NCBI RefSeq assembly: GCF_009914755.1 | Contig: NC_060942.1 | Direction: 5' to 3' (one strand) | Source of the DNA: the human T2T-CHM13v2.0 reference genome, Homo sapiens | Length of the DNA: 64,000 nucleotides | In this document: one piece after another, positions 52,550 to 64,000 of the stretch | How the letters are laid out: every line of letters starts with the position of its first letter | Numbering within the stretch: the stretch's first letter is position 1 | Translations under genes and position numbers: made by a program | Notes under the pieces: model-generated | What the model saw: only the letters and a program-made list of their open reading frames with translations | What the model was told of the DNA's origin: nothing | Database searches by the model: none

Positions 52550-53080
52550 GATGAAGATTCTACCCTTCACTAGACTCTACCCAGGCTCCTCTGAGCCCTC
52601 TTCTCAACTAGATCTCAACTGTGGTCTATAAAGGCTTAACACTAACATAGTTTCCAACAGCTCAACCCCACATCCCAAAGGTGTTCTTCACTAGCCTTAA
52701 AGTGCTGGCCTGAGAAAACTCAAGACTGCCAAATGAATCTGCGTTTTTTCCAGGCATCACCTGAAGATAAGGCCCCTGTCTCCTAGTCTCTGTGGGAAGG
52801 CGAGAACCTAGCTTGGATAAGCGCCAGTCAAAAAACCCACATGGTTTCCCATGGACCAACTCCACTTTACCACTTTTGGGAATTTTTCACTTTCCTAACT
52901 GAGCCCCTACTTTCCCCTCTCCCTAATTCCTTCTTTTATCCTTAAAATGCCCAGTCACTTCTGTACAACTCGAAGTTGAATTTTGTTCACACTGGACTCT
53001 TTTCCCTATTGAAATAGTTATCACTGATTAAAATCTGTCCTTACCACTTTAACTAGTGTCCAGCTTTGCTTATCTTTGTG
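52550..53080 (+). mobile_element. MER31/MER67-like ERV1 solo LTR
   Basis: ccaggctcctctgagccctcttctcaactag..attaaaatctgtccttaccactttaac. Confidence 0.7.
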
Positions 53081-53702
53081 AAGATCAAGAACTGATATAA
53101 TTCAAGGTGATACCATCAAGGGGAGTGAATTCGTTCAGGATAGAATAGACTGCTGTGATGAAAATAACTCTCCAAATCTTAGTGATTTAACCTGTTAAAG
53201 GTGTATTTCTCACACATGTAAAATCTGAAGCTGTCCTCCAGACTACACCACTTTTGTGACTTTGTTCTTTCAACAGAACTTTTTTTTCCCTATTCGGGAA
53301 GAGATTGGAGGATTGTGCAGGAACTTACACTGCCTTATCCCAGAAGTGACAGCCACAACATCCAACCATATTTCCATGGCCAAAACATGTCCTATGGCTT
53401 CACCTAACCACAAATTAGCTGAAAGGTGGAATCTACAATATGTCCAAGAATGAAAATAGAGACGTCATTCAAGGACCTATAAAATGGGTGAGGATGGGCA
53501 GGATAGGGGGGGGATGGCTCAAATCTAAAGAATCATTTCCTCCCTATTTCCCGTTTTATGACCTGTGACCAAGACAGGTCCTAGGCCTTTGAAGTCAAGG
53601 CACTCTCTGCCTTTGCAAAAATGTTACTACCTCATCTCAGACCCTTTCCACTCCACCCAGAAACAACTGATCTTTTCTACAATTGAGATTAAGATAAACC
53701 AT

Positions 53703-54086
53703 TAATATAGTTTGGATTTGTGTCCCCGCCCAAATCTCATGTCAGATTGTAATCCCCAGTGTTGGAGGAGGGGCCTGGTGGGAGGCGACTGGATCATGGG
53801 GGCAGATTTCCCTCTTGCTGTTCTTGTGATAGTGAGTGAGTTCTCATGAGATATGGCTGATTAAAAGTGTGCAGCACCTCCCCCTTATCTTTCTTCCTCC
53901 TGCTCCAGCCATGTAAGATGTGCCTCCTTCTTCTCCACCTTCTGCCATGATTGTAAGTTTTCTGAGGCCTCCCCAGCCATGCATCCTGTAGAGCCTGTGG
54001 AACCATGAGCCAATTGAACTTCTTTTCTTTATAAGTTACCCAGTCTCATGTAGTTCTTTATAGAAATGTGACAATGGACTAACACA
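53703..54086 (+). mobile_element. MSTA-like MaLR solo LTR
   Basis: atatagtttggatttgtgtccccgcccaaatctcatg..ggactaacaca. Confidence 0.88.
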
Positions 54087-54364
54087 TCCCTATCACAGAA
54101 AACAACCATGTCGGCAGATGGCGGTCATAAAGGCAGGGTTATAAGAATCAGGGAGAATTAAAAATGAGGACGTAGGTATTAATATATATTTATTAACATG
54201 AAAAGGTGTTTACTACACATTCATAAGGGAGAAAATTGTGTATTGGTACATATGGCATATGTATAGTATAATCCTGTGTGTGTGTTTATGTATATGTATA
54301 CGTATATACATATTCTATGTAAATAGGGAAAAGTCTGAAAGAGTATTCCAACATGTGAACTGCA

Positions 54365-54940
54365 TGGGTGAAGGAGATTTTCCTTCACCCTAGGAAGGTT
54401 CACTGAAAAATCAACTCACAAAAAGACAGATTAATACGAGAAAAGGGTTTACAAATTTATTCCTACCCTGCACATGAGGGGAATAACAGAGTGACTGCCT
54501 AATATCCCAATGGGGTTCAGAAGCTTATATACCATCTTGAGGTTACAGAAAGACTGGGGGCTTGGATTCTGGCAAAACAGATTAAGGGAGGGGGAGAAGA
54601 GGAATTCTGTTGAAGGGCAATAAATGGAAAATGGTTTGATGGAGGAACAGAGATTAGCTTGTAAATAGTTCTATTTGCAAGTTGAATGATCCTTGTAGAC
54701 AAACATAATCTTGTGAAAGGATCTGTTCATGTATGATTACATTCTTTGTCTTCTTTTCTGCAGTGAATAATGACATGGGAAGGGAATGGAACAATTGTCC
54801 TCCTTGGTAGGTCCTTCCTATCCTTACGTAGATGGGAGAAAGTCTCTTCCAGGGCCTGTTGATCTCTAAGGGTCTTTAATTCAAAATATCCATTATACCA
54901 GGGAGCCATATTTTGGGGTGAAATTTCCTGTGCTCCTTCA
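54365..54940 (-). mobile_element. MER34/MER39-family ERV1 solo LTR
   Basis: ttcactgaaaaatcaactcacaaaaagacagattaat..ttcaaaatatcc..catattttggggtg..ccttca. Confidence 0.7.
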
Positions 54941-55001
54941 GAAATAAAAGTTCCTGCACTCCTTCTGACTTATTAGACATGGTGATTTTTGATAGTAGAA
55001 T

Positions 55002-55569
55002 TGATACTGGTGGGTTGGAGGAGGTCCTCAAATGCCTGTGGGACCTTGACTCCAGATCCCCAAATGCTAGTGGGACCATGACATCATTGTGAGAGTCAAT
55101 TCAAGGATGAGCCAGAAAATAGTGAAAGTACAGAGATTTATTGCAAAGGGAAAAGCACACACTCAAGGAAGGGGAGTACAGGCATACTGGAGAGAGTCAC
55201 TTAGTGGAGCTTGGGGTTTCTACCTTTATGGGTTTCTTTAATCAGGGGGTGTAATATTCATAAAAAATTCCTGAAAAAATGTGGAGATTTCTCAGAACTG
55301 TGGTGTCACCTATTTCTATACCAAATATGGGTGGTCACGGAACTGCCACAGCTCTGGTGGGTGTGTGATTCAGTGTGTTAATGAGCATATAATGAGGCCC
55401 TAGGTGAAACCTAGATCAAATCCAGTGCCATGTTGGGTCCAGTCAGTCTTAGCCAGCTTGGCCCATATCCTGGTTTTCAGGGTCTTACCAGCCGATAGAC
55501 TCTAGTCATATGAAACTACTGCCTGGAATTTGTATTCTCCTGGGACCACCCTGTATTATTCCTGTCTCA
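55002..55569 (-). mobile_element. MER83/MER50-like ERV1 solo LTR
   Basis: Minus strand starts tgagacaggaataatacagggtggtc; ggacccaacatggc motif. Confidence 0.75.
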
Positions 55570-55890
55570 GAATCAAATGTGAGTTTCTTTTACATTTTTT
55601 CTTTGTATTTTCTAATTATGATATCATAAACAGGGATTATGTGCACAAAAATTAATCATGGGTGTCCTAGGAGACCCCCTTCCCTCAGTTTAGTCAACAA
55701 AGGAGAGGAACCTCCACACTGCAATACTTAGGTATGGGGAGGATGGATTTGGTGGTGCCTTGGCAGCAATGATGATCAAGATCAGCTTTGTGCTGAGCCA
55801 TATTGGATGCAAAAGGCAAATCAGTAATACTGATCCTGAACACAGTGAGACCCCGTCCTTAAATAAAATAAAATTTTGCTATTTTATTTA

Positions 55891-56343
55891 TGTTAAAGAA
55901 AAAATTATTTAATGATCACTTGCTAAAGAATGTAAGGCAGACTTTATCCAAGGGGGTCATGGTGATAGGTGTAGGAACCATTGCAGTGAGGTCTTACAGT
56001 CGGGGACAGAGACTGGGCTCCGTTCAACTCCAACAAAGATAAGTGGGGATTTATAACAAAGGAGCAGGGTGGGGAGATAAAAAATTACTAAGAGGAAACA
56101 TCAAGAATCACAGAGTTTCTGGCTAAACTGGCTTGGCAGCATTATTACTGAAGGTATGCTAGTGGGAAAAGCCATCTAAGGTGGTCATTACCAAGGGTGG
56201 GGGCTTTTCACAAAACTGGCTTAGCAAGACTCTTGCTCAAACTGGATTCTACAAGGATAGAAATGGAAGCCGAAGGTTGAACATAGTCAAAAAGGACTCA
56301 GAGGAGCCTGACTTAAGTTTTGGTCAAAGGAGAGAGTCTTGAA
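55891..56343 (-). mobile_element. MER31-like ERV1 solo LTR (inside a probable MER96-type hAT remnant, ~55820-56793)
   Basis: tgttaaagaaaaaattatt..ctcagaggagcctgact..tttggtcaaaggagagagtctt. Confidence 0.7.
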
Positions 56344-56379
56344 AATTCATCATGAATTTTTATTTTGCATTCATTTGGA

Positions 56380-56669
<290 letters not shown>

Positions 56670-57540
56670 ATTAGTTTGGATTTTTAAACTATTTCATTAA
56701 AATATTCTTTTGACTACTGAGGTTTTTTGGCATCCCTTTTACATTTGGTGGCCAAGACAAGAACCTCTCTAACCTCACCCCAGTCCTGCCCTGGACCTCA
56801 TCTGAGAGGGAGAGGGAGGTGTCTGGGACGGGTCAAGAAACCAGAGAGTTCTGAGAAATGACCCCACCAATGAACACACGAGGCAGATGATTATAACGTA
56901 GTGCAGAGAAAACAGGAGACGATGTTGGAGAACTCTGATTTAAACAGGTGTGGGAAAGATAAGTTTTGAAGCCCAGAACAGATAGCTATATTGAGTATTA
57001 AAATTTGGACGGGATAAAACGACATCTTCACTTTAAGATGTAAAATGTATTCTTGGATGAATTAGCTGGTGTCAACAGCATTTGAAAGGTACAAGTACAT
57101 GATGCTAACAAAGTTGATAATAAGTTGTTAAAAAGAAAACATAGGGAACCATCACATACAATAAAGGATGAGCTTAATTTTTTTTAAGGTATTTATTTTA
57201 GGATTCGAAGGTTACACCTAAAAATGTGACTGGTGATTATCTCTGAGCAGTATCATTCTAGGAGATTTTCTTTTCTTCTGTAGATAAATGAAGTAACTAT
57301 TGTTCTCTCTACTCAGAGCACAATCCTTTTTCTACTTTTCTGTGTAACACAGCACCTTTTCTTTATGGGTAACCCACTCTGAGCTTTGGATAGTTGGACG
57401 CCTCTCAACACTGAGTGATGAGAAGGGCATGTGACCTAGGCCCAGCCAGAAGGCTCTGGTAAACTTCTGGCCACAGTAATTCGTTCAGGACTGGAGCTTG
57501 GCCCATTAGCATATGCCCTGGAAACAGCAAAAATAAGGTC

Positions 57541-58108
57541 TAAGGATTAAGGATAGCAGAATATGCCATTCCAAAATATGCCAGTTTGACGTATTGATTA
57601 TTTTGAGCTGAAGCCAGTTGAGAAGAAACAGATACAATAAAACTTTCTGCTCCCCCCCATTTGCCTATAAGCAGGAAATAAATTTGGAAAGATGTCCCCT
57701 GCCCCAACAGAAAGTACCTCAGTTAATCATCAGAGACAACTGTAAACATTTACCAGCCTGGAGATGGCACCAGAGGCATCTGTATAACAAACCTTACTAA
57801 CTAACCCTTATCTTCCATTTGTTCCTCCATATATTTCCACAACTTGCTGTCCTAGAAACTCAAAGTCTTTTTCCTTTGTCTTGTGACTTCTCTCAAAATG
57901 TATTGTTCTTTTGCTTAGATGCTATAAAGGCCAAAGCCACTACTTTGAATTACTTATCACTGAGCACTTACATCTGTATGTATTATGTATATGTTAATAG
58001 AATTCTGTTTGTGTTTCTTGCACTAATAACTTTGTCAGTCTATAAATTAGGGCCCCAGCTAGAGAACCTAGAAAGATACAGGGAAAAAAGTTTTTTCACT
58101 CCCCTGCA
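57541..58108 (+). mobile_element. MER39-like ERV1 solo LTR nested in an old MLT1 (~57330-59172)
   Basis: cagaatatgccattccaaaatatgcc..attatttttgagctgaag..tcactcccctgca. Confidence 0.75.
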
Positions 58109-58310
58109 TGGATCATATCAGCTGATAAGCCATTCTTAACTTGGGGCTTCCAGCGTGACTCATTATTGTTGTTTTGCCACCTCATTGAGACAGCCCTTTG
58201 ACACAAAGCCAAGAGACAAGAAAGCAGAAATAAAATGGAGGCGGAAGGAGAGATTTTCTCAATCAATATTCTCTCTAGAGATAAGATTATCATTAGACAT
58301 AGCATTGCCA

Positions 58311-59034
58311 TGTTGGGGCAAAGAAAATGATACTCTTCAAAATGACAATTTGGCATGCTGAGTGCTTTGAATTAAAGAAAGTTGAAAAGTCTCAGAAATC
58401 AACCTCAGCACGAAGTTATTTCTCTGACCTTCCCCATCCCTCTGTCTCTCTAATCCTCTCTCCTGCCCCCCTTCCCCCAGCGCCCAAAGCATCTGATGAA
58501 CTGTCTTTGGAATCCCCTTCTCTAAGAAAACTTTCGAAGAGAAATGTAATTTTCTTAAGACCTCCTCCCTAAGAATCTCATCAAGTAACCCCAAAAGATG
58601 AACCACCAGAGAAGAGAAGAGACTGGAAGTCATCACCACACCCAGACACAGTTTTCATTTATTCTTCTGAGGGCCGCTCTGAGAGATTACCTAAGAGGCT
58701 TTATCTGCATAACAAGACAACTTTTGTTCACAGCGAAGTTCCTCCCCTCACCTTCCTACCACCTTCCCCAGAGCTTACAGGAATTTTGTCCCAGGCCATT
58801 GTTCTTTGGGCTCAGTCTTTTCCCCTGAATTATTTACTCCCACAACCCCATCTTTTCTTCTCCTTTGAAGAAGGATATATAAACATCTGAACCTCACTGG
58901 TTATTAGGTAATCATTCTTCTACAATTCTCTTGAATTTTGTATGCCATTTTTTCCTACCAATATGATTTTGTCAATTCATTTTCATCAAACCTTCAGAGG
59001 ACAGAGGAGAAGGGTTTCCCTCTCTAACCCTACA
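58311..59034 (+). mobile_element. MER34-like ERV1 solo LTR
   Basis: tgttggggc..ttggcatgctgagtgctttgaa..gatatataa..aaccttcagagg..ccctaca. Confidence 0.72.
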
Positions 59035-59312
59035 ACCATTAGATCCAGATTTGCCTAGAACTTCACTAATCTCTTGACTTTCTATTTAGGTAAGCAAACA
59101 AATTATTCCTTGGTTCATGTTAGTTGGGATGGGTTTTAATCACCTGATAACAAAAGATTCCTGACTAATACACCTTTTTGTACTTTTTTCATTTTCCAAC
59201 ATTTTATTATAAATATATATTGTTTCAGTAATTGAATAAGAATAGCTATTCTTAAAATAATTATATAGGCAGATCTAAGTTCTGGTTAGAGTAGCACTGT
59301 TAAAGTATTCTA

Positions 59313-59600
59313 GGCTGGGCACGGTGGCTCATGACTGTAATTCCAGCACTCTGGGAGGCTGAGGCAGGCGGATCACCTGAGGTTAGGAGTTCAAAGCTAG
59401 CCTGGCCAACATGGTGAAACCCCGTCTCTACTAAAAATACGAAAATTAGACGGACGTGATGGCAGCTCTCTGTCATCCCAGCTACTCAGGAGGCTGAGAC
59501 AGGAGAATTGTGAATGTTGTAGTGAGCCAAGATTACACCATTGCACTCTACCCTGGGTGATGTGAGTGAAACTTCGTCTCACTAAATAAATAAATAAATA
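59313..59600 (+). mobile_element. AluS with small right-arm deletion
   Basis: ggatcacctgagg; ggagaattgtgaatgttgtagtgagcc; (TAAA)n tail; flanks aa.tattcta. Confidence 0.9.
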
Positions 59601-61175
59601 TTCTAACTAGCCTGCTGCATCTTTTCTTATTTTCAGTATGTAGCATCCTGTTAGGATATTCTTTAGAAATGCTTCAAAAGCATCAAAAGAATAACCCAGA
59701 TTTTTTATTAGGTATCATAGATGCCAACTTCAGAGCTCATCCAGAAAGATTATTGGAAAACCAAGAATAATGTCTGACTCTCAACTTCTTCTCAAATTAA
59801 ATAAGAAATAGAAACAGACTAAATCAATTTAGAGAGCTGATCTCAATATTATTCCAAGTCTGCTATTTAACTCATAGGAGGCAACATTAGGAAAATACTT
59901 GCAAAAATTCTTCATGGATGTTTGCAAAATATCATACAACTTTAAAATCAGTGGGTCCATGTGGCATATATCCCAAGAGAGCAAGAAAACTAGCAACTGG
60001 GGCTAGCAAATCCTTGTAATTTATTTCCAACAGTCACATTAAAAGTTACAAGTTGCACAAAGTAAAGAGGTTTAATTTTCTTTGAAAGAAAGGAGTCTAT
60101 CTCATAAATCAGTATTAAAAGAGAAAACTCTTCAAGCATCTCTAAAATGGTGATGTTGTGAGTAACTAAAACATAATTAAAGTAAGAATTTATCATGGGA
60201 GAACAAATTTGTGGCCCTTCCATATTAACAGCCTGTTGACCTGTTTCAAAATCAATTTGGTGATATGTACTAATATCTTTTAAAATGTGCATGCCTTTTG
60301 AGCTGGTAATTTCATTTATGGGGCTTTATCCTTGGGAAATATGCTGAATTTGAAAAAATAATAAAACTAAGTACAAAGACACTCATTTTCCTAAAAAAAT
60401 AGAATTAATTTAGTTGTGTTAACAAGAGAAGCAAGCAGCCTGTTTGGGGAATTGTTGTGTCTATCAAAGTCAAAATTAACCTATTAATGCATGGGTGAAC
60501 TCCCAATAATCTGCTCTTTTGAAAAGAAAACTCAACATCATAATTCTAATCATCTAATAATTCAAGAAATTAATCGCTTATGGCAATCAAATGAATTTAA
60601 TGTAGGATGTGCCTTTTTATTGTGTTCCTCAAATAAGCTTTCTTCTTTGTATATGCAAACATATTCTGGGAGTATGGCACTTAACAAGATGGCAGAAAAA
60701 AATTTAGCCAGGATTCAACACTTTCCCACACATCATCAGCACTTGAGTAAGTTATAAGCATGGTTTTTGAAAGTTCATGTTCAATTATTTCATGAAAAAC
60801 TAAAAATTTTATTTATTTATGCTGGGGGCTATATCTGAATTGAGACTCCTCAAAGTTAAGATTCTATCGCACTTTTAATCCAGATTGTTTGTTTGGTTAG
60901 TTAGTTGGTTAGTTTCCATTTGTTTATTTTGGGTTTTGGTTTTGCATTTTACTTCAGACTGACCAGTAGGAGGGAGAGGAAAACTAATATTTTGAAGGTT
61001 TAAAAGTGGACAAAATGAAACCTGCCAAATGGTACTGCAAAAGGGTAATCATACAGGAGAAACATTTTAAAAAGCAGAAAGAACCTAAGTAATTATCACT
61101 GGAAAGGTTAGGCAGAAATCAAGCCTAAATAACTTCCATTTCTAAAGATTACCTGACATTTCTTTTCAACAGCTA

Positions 61176-61193
61176 AAGTGCCACCTAGTGCCA
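61176..61193 (-). promoter_or_regulatory. Putative CTCF site
   Basis: Minus strand GCACTAGGTGGCAC. Confidence 0.45.
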
Positions 61194-61479
61194 AGCAAGA
61201 GAAGCAAGTCAGGTCTCAGGTTTAGAGTCACATGAATCATTTCTTCATTTACTTTGCATCCTTCTGTCAAGGGTTAGTTAAAATGGATCTTCTTCGGTGT
61301 CTCTCATCTCAGAAACATTAACAGGAAGTTGTAAGTGGCTCTGTTCAAGTCATCAGCACTGACAACATTAAGAATCATGGAGAAACTTAACTCATTCTTA
61401 ACAATCAGAAAATGAACACTGGGTATTTCCTTGTAAATTTCAATTTAAAAGTAAATAAAAATTATTAATATAAAGGTCA

Positions 61480-61870
61480 ATAAATGCTCTTCAATGGAAA
61501 TTTAATTAAATAAATTATGACAGATCCTTTCAACAAAGTCTATGTAAGTCAAAAATTAATATGCTTAATGATACAAAAAACATTTATGACATACTGCTAA
61601 GTGGAAAAAAATAAGTTACAAATAGCATATATAGAATGTCTCATTTTGGGAAAAAATGTAGAAATGAGTATACTTGTACATAAAACCCCAGAAGTTAACA
61701 GGAACAGTGTTTCCCTGTAGCAATAGGATTAAGGGTAATTTTTTTCCTTTTCTTATTTTGTAAGTATGAAACACTTTTTCAATAAAGATATGATTACAAA
61801 CTTTTTAGCCAAAAGCAAATATATAAATAAGACACTATACTATCACATGGTCATAATTTAAATAAATAAA
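61480..61870 (+). mobile_element. Old L1ME-type 3' fragment
   Basis: taaataaattatg..actgctaagtggaaaaa..gttacaaatagcatatatagaatg..cagaagttaacag. Confidence 0.5.
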
Positions 61871-63817
61871 AGAAAGAATGACTGGGTTTTGCTAAAACAG
61901 GGAGGAAAATTATACTTAATTAGGTAGAAAGAAAATATTTCTAAATACCAAATTTATAAATGATGTTACTTTTTTTTTTATTTATGTACTCATCACCTCA
62001 CTAAAAGTGCAACTACTTGAACACTGCCCCCTCTCTCCCCTGTGCAACAAATTCTGAACTAAAGTTATCAACTGAAATGTCTTAAGGGTCCAGAACATAT
62101 TGAAAATGGGTGAATCAACTAACAGTAGGAAGCAGTGAAGGCTGTGGGGATCTGAGAAGTACACACCTGGCAGCAAGCATTCAAATTCCAGTGCTTCATG
62201 TCCTCTCTGCAGCTGTCAAAATGCTTTGGAAGGACTTGTCTTAAACACACTAGACTGAGACCTCCCTAAAACAAGGATTATATTTAATTCATTACAGCCA
62301 TGGTTCTTCACACCAAACCTTAAAGGTCAGAACGTGGGGCTGAGTAAGTGTTCTCCCAAATGTTTATTCTGATGTACTAATTTTCTATTCAGATATCCTG
62401 GACATCAGCATCAACTGCTTGCCTGGACACTTCTATTGGTAGACAGTATAGCCAGGACCTGGCCAAGGTCCTGAACTCATAACTCAACAGACTCAGACGT
62501 AAAGTCTGGCCCTGACACTTTCCAGGAACTTCAACAAATTTCTTAACTCCTTAAGCCTTAGTTTTCACATTTATACAAGACAGTAATTATAATATTGATT
62601 GTGGCTGTACTGATGATCAAACTGAATTCTAATTGAAAATACCTGGACATAGCAGAATCTCAGGAAATGTTATTTATCAGTGTAGTTATGCTACCTGGAG
62701 TTGGTGTCGTGCCTTCCATCATACCTCAGAGTCCATAGATCTCAAGCAATTGCTAGTTGAAAGCTGAGTCTACATCCTACACCAATTGTCTTCCCCACTC
62801 TTTCACCAGCTTCTTTTGTGGGTTTACCAGTCTCCCTCACTTTCTTGCCTCATCACTTCACACAGAATGGAGCCCTCCATGATGTCAAGCTCTTAACTTT
62901 TCTGTAGGAAAAGTTTGCCCATTGATTAACCATCAATCAATAAATAGTATAGTAACTGTTCCTATGCTATTCCCAACACAGGGGGAACATTCTGAATCTG
63001 TTATACATACTGTGCCCCATCAAAGCTGCAGAATTTTACATTGTATTTCCCTCCATTGAATTTCCCTCCCTTCATAAATTCACCCTAATAAATGTCATTT
63101 GAGGCTGTTTCCTTCAAACTCTCTTATTTTATATTGCCAGGCCTGTAGATTACACTCTGGTGTGCCTTTAGGGAAGTTTTATCTTAAGAATTTCATGAGT
63201 ATCATGGATATGGACCAACTACTGCTTATATAAAAGATAGTTCCCGTTTTTAAACCAGGTGGTGACATTCAGTATTATATCAGTTTTCCTCTTTGTCGGT
63301 GGGTACAGGCAGTAATGTTTGAATTAATCAGAAATTAATCCAAATACATGAGTTAATTTTCAGAGAAATTCTAGAAATACTCCAGGATTAAATTTAAATT
63401 ATGGGCATATCATGAGCAAAATTTCCTAAAGTTTTCCTAGATTTAATGTTTTAAATCTAAAGCTCCAAAAGCCAATATATAAGTATTACATATTGGATTA
63501 AATTACATACCACTAATGTTGTTGTATAGAGCTGGCCATAAGCAAAAATTAAAGTAATATTCCATTTATTTTACTTTAAGAAGGAGAAGAATTGAAAAGT
63601 CAAAATAATGGTTAAAGGGAAAAGTAAACTTAAGATATATGAGGTAATTGTAAGAGAATAACTTGTTGCTTTCAAGAATTTCAAATAACCAAATCAGAAC
63701 AATTATATCATATGAAACTTGAATACATGTTTATAAAACCATTATCAATATATTTGGGAAACCAAGACAAATTTTTTTAAATCAAAGAATTAAAGATTGG
63801 CAAATGTCTTCAGTTTC

Positions 63818-63906
63818 AAAAAGTAGTAACTACACTAGATGTCATAGTGGATCAGAAATATTAATAAAATCTGATTTAGAAGAGGAAAAAAAAAGTAGTA
63901 ACTACA
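63818..63906 (+). other. 55-bp insert with AATAAA and A-run between perfect 17-bp direct repeats (candidate truncated retrocopy)
   Basis: aaaaagtagtaactaca at 63818-63834 and 63890-63906; AATAAA 63863-63868; A9 63886-63894. Confidence 0.65.
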
Positions 63907-64000
63907 GATTGAAGAACTTGATATTAATAACCAGCAACATTTAGAACAGGTTATTAAACAGATGATTATGAACATTTTTAAAACAATCACTAGTAGTAAG

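Noticed and set aside
63227-63304. TATATAAAAG followed by a TCG|gtgggt donor as a plus-strand promoter and first exon
   Set aside because: TATA-like words are common in AT-rich DNA; no CpG island or other support

Overview
Human-type primate genomic DNA: AT-rich, CpG-depleted, largely interspersed repeats, and carrying a human-lineage AluYb-type insertion. Nearly all listed ORFs are repeat-derived or chance. Main contents: (1) a ~6 kb, internally deleted, defective ERV9/HERV9 provirus (39502-45478) with two LTR12s, gag/pro/RNase H/env-TM remnants and a tandemly triplicated tRNA-Arg primer-binding site; (2) a solo LTR12 nested in an MLT1A LTR; (3) three phase-compatible minus-strand exons (5854-5832, 5038-4876, 4480-4433) that splice into a 77-aa C-terminal peptide I cannot assign to a named gene; (4) many MaLR, ERVL and ERV1 solo LTRs, Alus, L1/L2/MIR fragments and DNA-transposon fossils (HSMAR2, Tigger, MADE1, MER58); (5) small unexplained structures: a 55-bp AATAAA/poly(A) insert between 17-bp direct repeats, a perfect 18-bp hairpin and a 23-bp minisatellite. 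No rRNA, tRNA or CRISPR. I see no firm evidence of a new biological system; the best leads are the spliced minus-strand unit, the triple PBS and the micro-retrocopy. Repeat subfamily names are from recalled consensus sequences, and old-repeat boundaries are approximate.
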